This document shows positions 14,066-28,986 of a stretch of 64,000 nt of DNA, one piece after another (position 1 is the first letter of the stretch; each line of letters begins with the position of its first letter). A program made the position numbers and the translations under genes. The notes beneath the pieces were generated by a model. The model was not told where the DNA came from and ran no database searches. It was given only the letters and a program-made list of their open reading frames with translations. The DNA is from the human T2T-CHM13v2.0 reference genome, Homo sapiens: assembly GCF_009914755.1 (NCBI RefSeq), contig NC_060928.1. One strand, 5' to 3'.

Positions 14066-16674
14066 TGGACGTACCTCTTTTTATTACACTTGGCTTTGTT
14101 GTGCTTCATATATATTTCACTTTTTAAAAATTGAAGGTTTGTGGCAACCCTGTGTTCAGTGTTTATTGGTGCCATATTTTTCAACAGCATGTGCTCACTT
14201 CATGTCTCTGTGTCACATTTTGGTAATCCTTTCAATATTTCCAACTTTATTATTATTATATCCATTACGGTGGTCTGTGTTCAGTGATCTTTAATGTTAA
14301 TATCATTATTGTTTTGGGCCAGCTCAAAGTGCACCCATATGATAGCAAACTTAATGATAAATACTATGTGGGTTCTGACTGCTCCACTGACCAGCCATTC
14401 CCAAGTCTTTTTCCCTCTCCTCAGGTCTCTCTATTGTCTGAAACCCAACAATATTGAAATTAGGCTAACTAGAAACCCTACAGTGGCCTCTAACTGTTCA
14501 AGTGAAATGAAGACTCACATGTATCTCATTTTAAATTCAAAACTAGAAATGATTAGGCTTAGTGAAGAAGACAGGATGAAAGATGAGATAGGCTGAAAGA
14601 GTGGCCTCTTGCACCAAACAGCCAAATTGAGAATACAAATGAAAATTTCCTTCAGGACATTAAAAATGCTACTCTAGTGAACATGTGAATAAGAAAGCAA
14701 AACAACCTAATTGCTGATATGAAAAAAGTTTGAGTGGTTTGGATAGCAGATCAAACCAACCACAACATTCCCTTAAACCAAAGCCTAATCCAGAGCAAGG
14801 CCCTAACCCTCTTCATTTCTGTGAAGGCTGAGAGAGGTGAGGACGCTATAGAAGAAAAGTTTGAAGCCAGCAGAGGGTTAGTTTGTAGGCTTAAGAAGCT
14901 ATCTCCATAACATAAAAGTGCAAGATGAAGCAGCAAGTGCTAATGTAAAAGCTGCAGCAAGTTATCCAGAAGATCTAGTTAAGATAATTGATGAAAATGG
15001 CTACACTGACCAACAGATTTTCAATGTGAATAAAACAGCCATTTATTGGAAGACAATACCATCTAGAACTTTCATAGCTGGAGAGGAGAAATCCTTTCAA
15101 AGCTTCATAGGACAGGCTGACTCTCTTGTTAGAATCTAATGACTTTAACTTGAAGCCAATGCTCATTTATTATTTGGAAAATCATACGACCCTTAAGAAT
15201 TACATGAATTCTACCCTGCCTATGCTTTATAAATAGAACAACAAAGCCCAGATGACAGTACATCTGTTTACAGCATGGTTTACTAAATATTTTAAGTCCA
15301 CTGTTGGAACCTACTTCTCAGAAAAACAAAGATTTCTTTAAAAATATTACTACTCATTTACAATGAACCTGGTCAACCAAGATCTTTGATGGAGATACAC
15401 AAGGACATTAACCTTTTTTTTTTTTTTTTTTTTTTTTTTGAGACAGGGTCTCATATTGTCACCCAGACTGGAATGCAGTGACATGATCTTGGCTCACTGC
15501 AGCCTTGACTGTCTGGGCTCAAGTGATCCTCCTGCCTCAGTTCCCAAGTAGCTGGAACTACAGGCATGAGCCACCATGCCTGGCTAATTGTTTTGGTCTT
15601 GTTTTATAGAGAGGGGATTTTGGGGTTTTGCCATGTTACTCAGGCTGGTCTCTATCTCCTGAGCTCAAGCAATCTGCATGCCTCGGCCTTCCAAAATGCT
15701 GGGATTACAGGTGTGAGCTGCTGCGCCCAGCCTAATTTGAGCTTTCAAGTCTTATTATTGTAGAAGTACATTTGGTAAAGCTATAGCTGCCATAGATAGT
15801 GATTCTTCTGCTGGCTTTGGGCAAAGTAAATTAAAAACCTTTTGGAAAGGATTTGCTATTCTGGATGCCATTATGAACATTTGTGATTTATGGAAGGAGG
15901 TCAAAATATCAACATTAACAGGAGTTTGGAAGTTGACTTCAACCCTCCTGGATAACTCGAGGGGTTCAAAACTTCAGTGGAGGAAATGACTTCCATGTGG
16001 TGGAAATACAAGAGAAATAGAATTACAAGTGAAGCCTGAAGATGAGACTGAATTGCTGCAATCTCATGATAATACTTGAATGGATAAGAAGTTGCTTCCT
16101 ATGGACGAGCAAAGTGGTTTCTTGAGATGATATCTACTCCTGGTGAAGATGCTGTGAACATTGTTAAAATGGAAACAAACAATTTAGAATACTACAAAAC
16201 CTTAGTTGATAAAGCAGTGGCAGGGTTTAAGAGGATCAATTCCAATTTGGAAAGAAGATCTACTGTGGATCAAATGCTATCAAACAGCATTGCATAAAAC
16301 AGAGAAATCTTTTGTGAAAGATTGTTGTTGTCTTATTTTAAGAAGTTGCCACAGCCACTCCAACCTTCAGCAACTACCACCCTGATCTGTCAGCAGCTAT
16401 TAACATGGAGGGAAGACCCCTTTTAAACAAAAAGATTACGACTTTCTGAAGGCTAAGGAGATAGTTAGCATTTTTTAGCAGTAAAATATTTTAAAATTAA
16501 AATATGTGCATTTTATAAAGACATAACAGTACTGCACATTTAATAGACTATAGTATAGTATAAACATAACTTTTATGCAATGGGAAACAAAAAATTCATG
16601 TGACTGTTTATTGTAATATTTGCTTTATTGCAGGAGTCTGGAACTAAACTCACAATATCTTTGAGGTATGCCTG
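14066..16674 (+). mobile_element. Tigger1 DNA transposon (TcMar-pogo), near full length, inactive
   Basis: Right TIR GAGGTATGCCTG+TA intact; left TIR decayed (TGGACGTACCTC); transposase remnants (ASNCSSEMKTHMYLILNSKLEMIRLSEE; [28 protein letters not shown]) with stops and frameshifts. Confidence 0.95.
15414..15732 (-). mobile_element. AluJ inserted in Tigger1
   Basis: Poly-T tail, AluJ diagnostics, full dimer; no TSD visible. Confidence 0.93.
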
Positions 16675-17097
16675 TATTCAGTGTTGGCACTGGCAAAAGT
16701 GCAATAAAACAGGCACTCATATACTAGTAGAAGTGTAAGTTATACAATTTGTGTTAAAAGCAAATGACAATTTTTTTCAAGAGCTTTAAATTTGTAAAAA
16801 TTCTTACCTCATCAATTTTACCCAAATAAATTTATGCTAAACAACCAGATATATGTACACTGATTTTTAAGCAAGAATATTAATTATGGCATTATTTTAC
16901 CAAATATTTTAAATTATGAACATCTAGCAATCCAGAAAGAATAAAGTAAAATACAACATGGCTATCAGTAGGTTTTTTAATACACACATTAAATTTATGT
17001 TTTTCAGAAATAATGGTATGGGAAATGATTCATGTTATAAGTTTGACTGAAAAAACCAAGATACTAAATAAATGCAATATATTTTTGTATATGAGAG

Positions 17098-17478
17098 CAT
17101 ATTAATCAGATTGAGTAATGATATCTGCTCTAACAAACAACTCTTAAATTTCAATCTTCACTGCTTAACACAATAAAGGCTTATTTTTTCCCATGACATC
17201 ATCTAATGCAGGGTGGTCGTGGTTGTTAATTTCTCTGTAACTCTGACAAGCTCAGTGTAGTGCTTCCAGATTGCTCTGGGGCCATGCAGCTAGCAGTTGA
17301 GGCAGGAAGAAACATAGCACAGACAGGGCAGGCTCTGTCTCAATTGACTTGGTGCGTAAATGATGCATCACTTTTGCTCACAATTATTGTCAAAAGCTAG
17401 GCACTTGTTCCCTTTTCCCTTAAATTCAAGAGTCTGGGCAATCTGGTTTTGTGAGCCATGGAGCATCTCTGCCATTAT
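17098..17478 (-). mobile_element. Old MLT1 (MaLR) LTR remnant
   Basis: ATTAATCAG...CTAACAAACAACTC...CTGCTTAACACAATAAAGGCTTATTT is typical of the reverse-strand MLT1J/K-like 3' end. Confidence 0.55.
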
Positions 17479-17619
17479 ACACTGGAAGAAAATACACAAA
17501 ATTATTAACATCTCTAGTGAGATTTTTCATGATTTTATTTTCAACTTCTTGCTATTATTTTCTGAATTTTCTAAAATAAATGTAAATTAAGTTCATAATG
17601 AGACCAAAACTATAAAAAT

Positions 17620-19240
<1,621 letters not shown>

Positions 19241-20985
19241 TAGACTGAGTTCTCAAAGCCAAATTTCTAACACATAAGTGGTCTTTTTTTCCTTCCAGTG
19301 TGTGATGACTAATATAACCTGTCTACTTCTTTGCTAAGGAAAAAGATAAAACTATGCTGTTCAAAGCATTTGAGCAAAGATTAAAAGTTAAATTCTGGTT
19401 TATTATCCTTGAAATACCAGTGTAGCATTTATCATTACTTATGTAGATATTTACACCAGAAAATGTTGAGTGCATGAATTCAGCGAGGTTGGGTTCAACT
19501 GGAAGGTTGTGCAGCAATAAAGACTAACTTTGACTTCCTCCCATTCCTGAGGAGGTTGCAGGCTTCATTCAATATCAATTTCTCTATTAAATTGCCCATA
19601 AAAATTCTAGGATGATGCTTGAAAAAATTACTCCTCTATAAATGTACAGACTGAGATCTAGATTTTGTATAATAATTTTTAACATTTATTACTTTAAATG
19701 TGATAGATTCTGCAGAGTAATATAGAAATATATTATTCAGGTATTGGGGCTTTTGACAATGATCTAATGTTAACAAGTTTTTGAAAGCATTGGTAAAGTG
19801 ATTTGTTTTTTTGTTAAAAACAGATATCATTATGTCGGGAATGGAATTTATGATTGCTATCATTAAGGTAGCCAATATTTTTCATTGTAATTCCTTTTTA
19901 TATTCTCAATTTTTAAATAAAATGATCTCTTGTGATGATTCAATGTCCCTATATTATATTAGAATGTGTGAGTGGTGAAGAGAGAGGATTTCAATGAAAG
20001 TACTTAAATATTTTTTATTTCAAAGAAAGTATTTGAAAATATCAGGAGGATTTAAAAAATTAGTTTTTGTTAAAGGATAAAAACAGTTGACAGCAAAGGT
20101 TCTTTTTAATATATGGCAATTACCGGTAAAGAATTTTACATATTGGGGTGAGGTTGGAGACTGAAAATCAGAAACTGATGTTGTGTTCTACTAGGTTGGC
20201 AACAATCTTGTTTCAGTTTCTAGAGATGTGATTATTTGGTTATGGCAATCTTAGTGGCCACCAAGTTTCACCAAATGCAGAAATTATTATTGCTAAGGAG
20301 TAGACCAAGATTTTTTGCAACAATGAAGTTTTAAAATGTTTACATTCATTATGATTAACTTAGTTTGTTATTATTTGAATTGCCTTATGATTTGGAGGGT
20401 TGTTTACAAAACTAAAAGTTTTAGTACTTTGATTTGCATCTGTTTATTCAAATCTCCCCCCAAATTTATTGTTTATGAGTAAATATCTTAAGCCTTTAAA
20501 ACCTACAAGAGAAAAACTTTCTTCTCCCTATGTGTTTACTCTGACAGTGCTTTAAACTCACAAAAAAGAAAGAGAAGAAATTCCAAAATCAAAATTTTAA
20601 CACTAGATTAGTTTACAATATTTACCTGCATATTTTTCTATGCATAGTTCCATAGCCCCATTTTGAGAAAAAAGCAATAAAACTGCCTTTTTCTAATAAT
20701 TTAGCCCCATTCCACGTATTCCCTGTTTTAGAGCAATGAAGAGCAATAAAGATTATTAGCAGAGGTCCTTCAAGGTCTCTGGTACTTAATCAGATCTATC
20801 CCTCCCAACTGCCCACCAATCTGGTCCTTTCTTTATAATGTTGGCAAAGTCATCAGCCTATTGTAGGCATTCACAAATTTTGGTCATTATCTTTAGTTTC
20901 ATTGTCATCAGCAGCATCTTAATTGTGTGAATGTTCTCTGGTATCTCCAGGACAAAACATAAGTTAAAGGAGTGGCTACACTTGG

Positions 20986-21097
20986 ATCAGGGCTGCTAGT
21001 TGCATTATTGCCCAAGGAGCTCCATTCCCCATTGTCTGCATGAATGGTACCCCTTAAAGTTGTGCAATACACCCTACTCAACATTATGTAGAGATCT
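20986..21097. mobile_element. MER91-like hAT MITE
   Basis: CAGGGCTGC...CCATTC...TGAATGGTACCCCTTAAAGTTGTGCAATACAC resembles the recalled MER91 core. Confidence 0.45.
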
Positions 21098-22996
21098 GAT
21101 TTGGATGCTTGCCACACTTTTTAAGGTATGTGTATGTCATTTGGGGTAATGTACATCTTAGGCATATGTCTTAGGATGATAGTGTATATTCCCATAGGCA
21201 TCCCACAGAGAAGCCCCAGGGGCTAGAAGCAGAAGTTATTATTCAGTTATTCCTATACCCTTTACCAGATATGACTTTTCCCCCTATATATTTTCCATAT
21301 CCCTTGCAAAGTAAGCGGTAAACTTGACTGGATGTAATTTAGTAATCTCCCTCAGGGAGGAAAAAGTGAGCAGTCGGTATCTTGGATATTTGATTAAGGT
21401 TTCAATGCACAGCCAATCTTATTGAAGCAAGGAACTGTGATTGAAGAAACAGTGAGGCTTTTCTTTTTAAGTTTTAAAACCTTAAAGCACTTAACCTTAA
21501 ACGTGAAAGAAAACCCTAAATATAAATAAAATATTTCAAAGACCCTGTCAATCACTTGCTTCTTCTGTATTAGTTTCCCACTCTTTTATCCCTGTCTCAT
21601 AAAACATTGGTATATGTCCTGCAAAAATTTCAACTGCACAGAAAAAAGTCATTGCAATTTTTGCCTTAAAATATTTTTACTTTGTAGCAGCACTTACTTA
21701 GAAAGTTGTCTATTAAAGGAATATCAGAATGAATTTCCATTTTATTGGTCAATTAGTTTACCTTATATAATCCTGGGTATTTGATGATGTGCAAAATTAA
21801 TCAAGGTTGTTAAAGGTAGTGATGAACCAGGAGGCAAAAAGCAGAAGGCCACCTGGCTGCTCAGGTGGGCGTTGTAGAGAGTGGTTAATGGTGAAGCAAA
21901 ATGTCTCTAGCTGTTCTAGATTATGGCGCTTCAGCTCCAGGTGGTTGAATTTGCCAACTCTCCCAGAGATAACAAGAATACAGAGCTCGAGAGAGGCCAA
22001 TTTGGAAATCTGAAAACCTAGAATCTAGCCATGACTGTGGCCTGGAAATAGGCGTTTACTAGAAGTTCTTTAGGTTATTCTTACATGCACTAAGGCTTGA
22101 GAATCATTGACCTAGAGTATCAAAGAGAAATTCATCCAGTTCCCAAGGGTAAATAAAAATATTAATGTTCCTTATCTCTTCAATATTTAATAAAGAAAAT
22201 GAATGAGATATGCAATGACTTGTTATTCATTCTTTTGATCAGGTTAGATTATCAGAAAAATTTTTCTGAGCCAAAGATGAATAAAGGTTATCCCAACAGC
22301 CATGTTTCCCATGAATATTCAAATTTATCAGTTAATTTGAGAACAGGTCCAGAAATCTTACCAGGACACTCTGATGTAGTTGGTCTCTTTTTAATACTCT
22401 TTAAGAAATTCTGCTCTTAGAATATCTCTATCTAGATACATAAGTTTATTCCTCATTACTGGAAAATTTTAAAAATATATTTACTTTCTTTAAAAATTAG
22501 CCATTGTTTCTTCATGCTAAGCAAATTATAAAATCAACATATAGCTCATACCTGTCAGTACACAGTTGACATGATTGGATTTGAGATATACTTTGCTGTT
22601 AGCAGCAAAATATTTCCAAATTCTCTTAGAGTGGGTCAATGATGCAGATAATTAAGGCTGCTTATTTTTGATAATTTATTCTTATGAGATTACATTTCAG
22701 ACAGCGATTTTTTTCTTGACCTTATCCTCAAACTGTGTGAATAAACTGTTAGAATATTGTACTGTCATTTCCATAATTTTAATTTCCTTTCCTTCTCCAA
22801 ATTTAAAATTACTGTATTAGAGATAAATAGGTGCAAAGAAGGAAAATAATTACAACACATACTATAATTTGGCATTTCCTTTCTAGGAACTCAAATTAAA
22901 CATATAACCTCCGTCTATGTATGTACATGGATATTTCCGGTTAGTGTGATTGTATTTATAAGCATTCTAATATTTCAAGACAAATGAAATAAAAGT

Positions 22997-23036
22997 AGTA
23001 TGTTTGTGGAAAAACCAGTATGTTTGTGGAAAAACC
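22997..23036. repeat. Perfect 20-bp tandem duplication
   Basis: AGTATGTTTGTGGAAAAACC x2. Confidence 0.97.
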
Positions 23037-23325
23037 TAAGGACTCATTCTGAGAGATTTTGGAAATATTTTGCTGCTAAGAACAAAGTATATCTCAAATT
23101 TAATGATGTCAACTGGCTACTGAGAGGTATGAGCTGTGTGGTGATTTTGTAATTTCTTTAGCATGAAGTAACAATGGCTAATTTTTAAAGAAAGTAAATA
23201 ATTTTTCTAAAATTTTTCAGTAATGAGGAATAAAATGTTATTTTGCATTTTACACAGGGATTTCACATATATTATTTTAATTAATTGTGCCCAAAAGTTT
23301 GTAAAGTGAACAGAAAAGTTATTAC

Positions 23326-23364
<39 letters not shown>
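23326..23364. repeat. (TAT)13 microsatellite
   Basis: Direct read. Confidence 0.95.
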
Positions 23365-23531
23365 GTCTGTTTTTAGATAACTAAGTGTGAGAGAAATCCA
23401 GTCTCTGGCCCAAAGCTAGTAATGCAAGAACTCTGCCCTTTGCTGTTTTGGCTTTCACAGTTTTCAAAAGTGTTGTACTATATGCATAAACTCCCAACTT
23501 TATGTTTTGAAATGTCATGATAACAAACATG

Positions 23532-23575
23532 AAGACTAAATGTATCATGTAATAAGACTAAACATATCATGTTAT
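23532..23575. repeat. 22-bp tandem duplication (3 mismatches)
   Basis: AAGACTAAATGTATCATGTAAT / AAGACTAAACATATCATGTTAT. Confidence 0.8.
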
Positions 23576-26500
23576 TATATAATCTGGCCTTTTGAAATTT
23601 CAACATTTAGTTAGCAGGTTTTACAATTTATCATTTATTGAACATTTGATCTTCATCTTGAAAGGTTTTTTTTTCTGCAGAGTTAAATAGCTTCAATTCA
23701 GCTTTGAATTGTATTTTTAAAAGGTTTATATCATTTCTATAACATCGTTTGATTAAAGTGTCATGAGGTTGCAAGGATTGACACTGAAAGAGGATGACTT
23801 GTTTACCTCAAGTATACTGGTGCTTACAGTGGTTCACTATCTCAGGATGGGTAGTGTTAACACACCTTTCCAGCAGTATTTATTATGCATCTCTGGTTCA
23901 CTGAATCAAACTCCGATAATAGAATAATAGTTCAGTAAAAACAAGGTGATATTCTTGATGACTCCTTAGTCCCAGTGGTTCATTTGGACCACTCTGGGAA
24001 AATAATTAGCATTAAGTACTTATTGAATATTAGACACTGTTGACATTATTTATGTGCATTGATATTTATTCCTTACAACAACCCTGTGAGGTATATTACT
24101 ATTAATCAATTAATTATCAATTAATTATGATCTGAGCTTCTTCTCTGACAGAAACATTAATTTATAGGATTTAAAATGTTATGTATCCTGAGAAATTCTT
24201 ATGTAGTGTTCTCTGTCAAGACTATCATGTATTAATGGAAATATTATCTTTTTAGATATTAAGAGGTAGGTAAAGAAGCTCTAGGATTTTTGATACAATT
24301 CCAAATGATGCGAGAAACTACACTAAGAGATTAAGTGACTTATGTAAAAAGCAGGAAAGAAAAAGCAGCAAAGATGAGTTGGTACTACTGATATTTATGC
24401 ACAATTAAAGAATTGTAAACTGATAGAACTTAGAGTCCTGTGACCACCTTGCACATACCATCCTTGGCTCTTGCTTATGGTATTAGCGCACATACTGAGT
24501 AGGACCTCAATAAATTTTCTTCCTTGAGTTAATGAATTAACCCTCTTAGTGGTTATTTTCCTCTTCTCCATCTCTTTTGGGTTTGGAGATTTCCCATAAC
24601 GGACAGGACTAGAGTTTGCATGGCGAAGTGTTGCTGGCTTGCTTCATTCCATTCTTTCTTTTGATCATTTTCAATCATTCATTAATAACTATTTACTGCA
24701 TATCTACCGTGAGACAAAAAATATGTTAGATAATGTGAGGACTAAAACCCAATTCCTGCCTTCATGGACTATCCAGCAGTGTGTTGTGAATGATTGTGTA
24801 AAGCAATTCCTGGAGGAACTCAGAAACAAAAGATTTTGTTTTCATCCCCAGAAGATTCTCTCTTTCTGCTTTCTTGTTGGTTTACCAGCCTCTATGCATT
24901 CCTCAGGCCAATGCTTATATTTTTCTCCTTTTAGTCTTTCTCTTATTAGACCATCATTTTATTTTGGATCTTTTTCTTTAGCTTGCTCTTGCTTTCTTTC
25001 TAGTTGAGTTCTGTCTGAAGGACAATAACTGAAGGCTCATCTGTATAATGACTTTTATCTTGATCCTGCAAATCTCTAGAAGTGAATAACAGTGACTCTG
25101 ACCATTAGCACCGACTTATCCAAGTTCTACTCATCATGTTAAAACTTTCCTTCTAAAGTTAGTTCAATTAATATCTAAGTTGGAAAATCACATTTTTTCC
25201 TGGTTCATCAGAATCTTTGTATCATGACATTTTAAACTGTGGAACATTGGTAATTCCCTGAGCTTAATCCTATGAATCTGTCTGAATTCTGGCTTTAGAA
25301 CAACCTGCTGAGCAAAGTCACAGATTCCACAATATGACTTGAAACTGCTTAATGAATGCTTATGGGTGGCCCATGATTACCACATAATTAAGGAATTAGC
25401 ACCTAATGTTTCTAAAACTTAAAAATGCAATTTAACAGCTGAGCAAGGCAAACGTTCTTTTGCTGGCTTGCTCATGCTGGCAGATATTGCTCATGCTGAT
25501 ATTTTCTCTGAAACCCAGTATTTTAAATTTTGTATAAAAGTAATATAAACATTTAATAGTCTATACACTGACACAGCATATAAATGTATCAATCCTTCAA
25601 TAATTATTGCCTGGAAGGGATTTACAAAATTATAAACAGAATAAGATGTCATGCAGAAATTTTCAGTTAAGGGCATTTTATTTACGTGCACAAATCTACT
25701 CAATAAAGATTTGAGACATCTTTGCTCAATTTTATTTTTCTAATAATTCATTATCTCATTTAATTGCTGATAAATTATGCCTTAGAACATTGCATCAGGA
25801 GTGAAGTAATAGACTCTTTTACATAGCAAATAAAGTAAATAATAGGAGTATTCCCTTTTTTTGATTCTTAAATAACAAAGTTAGGCTATGAAATAATTAG
25901 TTGCTTCTTTTTTGTATCTTTTATGTAATTAATTATAAGAAATTTAAGATCCCTTTTATATGAAAACTCTGTATAAGCTTGACTAGCCCAAAAGAGGGTA
26001 GAGTAGTGAAAACCAAGGTGTTGATTTGCTAGAGATAGATTTTGTCAGACGAGAAGGCTCTGGGGAATTGTGTTATTACAGGTCAGTGGAAAGAGAATAG
26101 GGAAACTTAGAGTACCAAATGAATGGAGACTAACGAGGGTCATCTTAGTTAAAAAGGGGACAAGAGCTGGGTGGTCTGTGACCTCAGGAACTTGTGGGGG
26201 GTCTACAGATTGAGGGGAGGGTCTAGAGCAGGGTCAGCAGGGAGAGGCTACTGGGTAACTCTGCTCATGAGGGTCCCAGAACTAATCCATGCCACAGGGC
26301 AACTGTTCTTATTCGCGTATCACCTTTGGTGAAGAGCCAGGTTCACATGCCCTCTCATGAGTACCTTCCTTTGACAGCTGTCAAATGCACAATGCTTGTG
26401 GCGCATCTAGCAGAAGGGATGCCCTCCAGTTTCCCAAGGTTCTGTTGCTTCTAAACTGTCCCAAGTAAATATCCCCTTTTTAAGGACCCAAGACTCATGA

Positions 26501-26622
26501 TTTCTCCCAGAAATCAAGAACATGGTCATTGGCATCCACATTAATCATGCTGGTTATGTGAAAAATAAAGCCTGCGGTATCCATATTCAGAAGAGACTGA
26601 ACAACAATTACTACTCACCCGG

Positions 26623-27088
26623 TGTATTAGTTTCCTATTGCTGCTGAAACAAATCAAATCACTACAAACTTAGAGCCTTAAATCAGCGCAAATCTATCTC
26701 TTCACAGTTATGGAGGTCAGAAGCCTGAAATGATTGTAATGGGACCAAAATCAAAGTTTTGGCAGTGCTGCTTCCTCTCTGGAGGCTTTACGGCAGAATT
26801 CATTTCTTGCATTTCTCAGCTTCCAAAGGCTGTCCACATTCCTTGGCTTGTGGCCCTGCATCCTTCTGACTTCTGCTTCCACTATTACATCTTCTCTAAC
26901 TCTATTGCCCTCCTTTTTCCCATATAAAGATCTTCATGATTATGTTGGGCCTATCCAGTCTGGGATAATCTTCCTATCTCAAGATGCTTAATGCAATCAT
27001 GTCTGCAAAGTGCCTTTTGCTGTGTAAAGAAATATATTCATAGATTGTAGAGATTAGGACATGGGTAGCTATTATTCTGCCTTCTATA
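26623..27088 (-). mobile_element. MLT1C/D solo LTR
   Basis: TGTATTAGTTTCCTATTGCTGCT...GGAGGTCAGAAG...ATTATTCTGCCT termini and body. Confidence 0.8.
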
Positions 27089-27172
27089 GTTGGTATTAAG
27101 CTTATTTTGTACATGAAAAGACTGAGGCCTTGTTGTAGACTAAATCATTGGCTTCATTTTTTCCTGGTTCCC

Positions 27173-27360
27173 TGTGGTAGTATCATACATTGGCATACTT
27201 TTGCCATGGCCACCAGGGGATAGAGTGTATTTCCACAGCCCTTGGCTTTGGTCTTGACCATGTGACTTCCTTTGGCTGAAAGGATGGTAATAAATATGGC
27301 ACAATCAAAGTATTGAAACTGGTTTGCATTGTTGGGCTTGCCCTCTTAGATACCTTTCCT
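27173..27360 (+). mobile_element. MLT1H/I/J-like LTR 5' fragment
   Basis: TGTGGTAG...AGAGTGTATTTCC...CCATGTGACTTCCTTTGGC. Confidence 0.55.
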
Positions 27361-27789
27361 GTGGAAACATTATAATGCTGTTTTGTGTGCTTCCTTTCTG
27401 TAGTTACGTATATGATGCTACATTCAATATAATTTAATTTTATTATGTTAGTCCAGGCATTTAAAATCTTTTTGGACTCTGGTCTTGAATCTAGTTGTAT
27501 CTTAGTATTATATACCTTACTGAGTAAATATAACACAGTGTTGATCATGGCAAATTGTCAGTATAGAATAACACCAAGTGAGTCAAAAGAAATGAATTAA
27601 GAGAAGATTAAGCACCCCTAATGAAGCAACAAATGTTTGGTTTAGTAAATATTATACATCAATAAAGTTAAACTAGTGGTTTTATGGAAAGAAGAGAAAG
27701 ACAAATGATGCGAGAGTGGTTGTGATGCAGAACACATCAGCCTCAGAGGACTCCAGGGTGTCCTCTTATCAGTTTCTATAACAGTGACC

Positions 27790-28258
27790 CTGTTACTGCA
27801 TTAATTTGCTGAGGATAATGGCTTCCAACTCCATCCATGTCCCTGCAAAGGATGTGATCTCAGTTATTTCGATGGCTGCATAGTATTCCATGGTGTATAT
27901 GTACCACATTTTCTTTATCCAGTCTATCATTGATGGCATTTAGATAGATTCCATGTCTTTGCTATTGTGAATAGTGCTGCAATGAACATACGTGTGCATG
28001 TATCTTTGTAATGGAATGAGGAGCTGAATGATGACAACACATGAACACATTTTGGGGGAACAACACACACTGGGGCATTTCAGGGGTGGAGTGGTGGGAG
28101 GGAGAGCTTCAGGAAGAATAGCTAATAGATGCTGGGCTTAACACCTAGGTGATGGGATGATCTGTGCAGCAAACCACCATGGCACATAATTACCTATGCA
28201 GCAAACCTGCACATCCTGCACATGTACCCCTGAACTTAAAATAAAAGTTGAAGAAAAA
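27790..28258 (+). mobile_element. 5'-truncated, 5'-inverted L1PA (about L1PA13-16)
   Basis: 27790-28019 is antisense L1 ORF2 end; 28020-28258 is sense 3' UTR ending in AATAAAAGTTGAAGAAAAA. Confidence 0.9.
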
Positions 28259-28663
28259 TGAAGAATGACTCTAACACATTATTCTTGTAGTGCCAGAAAC
28301 TTTTCTCAGAAAAGGAGTCATTTGTCCCCAAGGGGTCATCTTAATTCCTATAGTCTGAGGGAAATAACTATGATCTCAGAGAAGCGTGTAGCTTGTTGTC
28401 AGAGTATAAACATTATTGAATCAATTGAATCAATAATCCAGCACTGGGCTTCTAGAACTCAGGAGGTTTCATGTGAAACCCAGAGGCTACAACCGGAGCC
28501 CGAAGGCTGAAGATTTGCCTCTCTCAGTGCCTGGTGCTTTAAACAGCTGGCTTTATAGTACAGTTTTACACATGTTTTATTTAAAATAATATTAGAAAAT
28601 CTACTACAAAGATAACACAAATCAACCAATGATACTTACTAAGGATGCCACCTCTCTTTCTAA

Positions 28664-28986
<323 letters not shown>

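Larger units (their letters stand above)
13960..17610 (+). mobile_element. Ancient L1ME-like 3' fragment split by Tigger1 and an MLT1 LTR (pieces ~13960-14063, 16677-17095, 17480-17610)
   Basis: ...TGGCAAAATAAAAAGAATTG | CAGTGTTGGC...AAACAGGCACTCATATACTAGTAGAAGTGTAA joins across Tigger1 and resembles the L1M ORF2 end / 3' UTR. Confidence 0.55.

Noticed and set aside
14294-15139. Transposase ORFs as a domesticated TIGD-like gene
   Set aside because: Multiple stops and frameshifts, Alu interruption and lost catalytic residues
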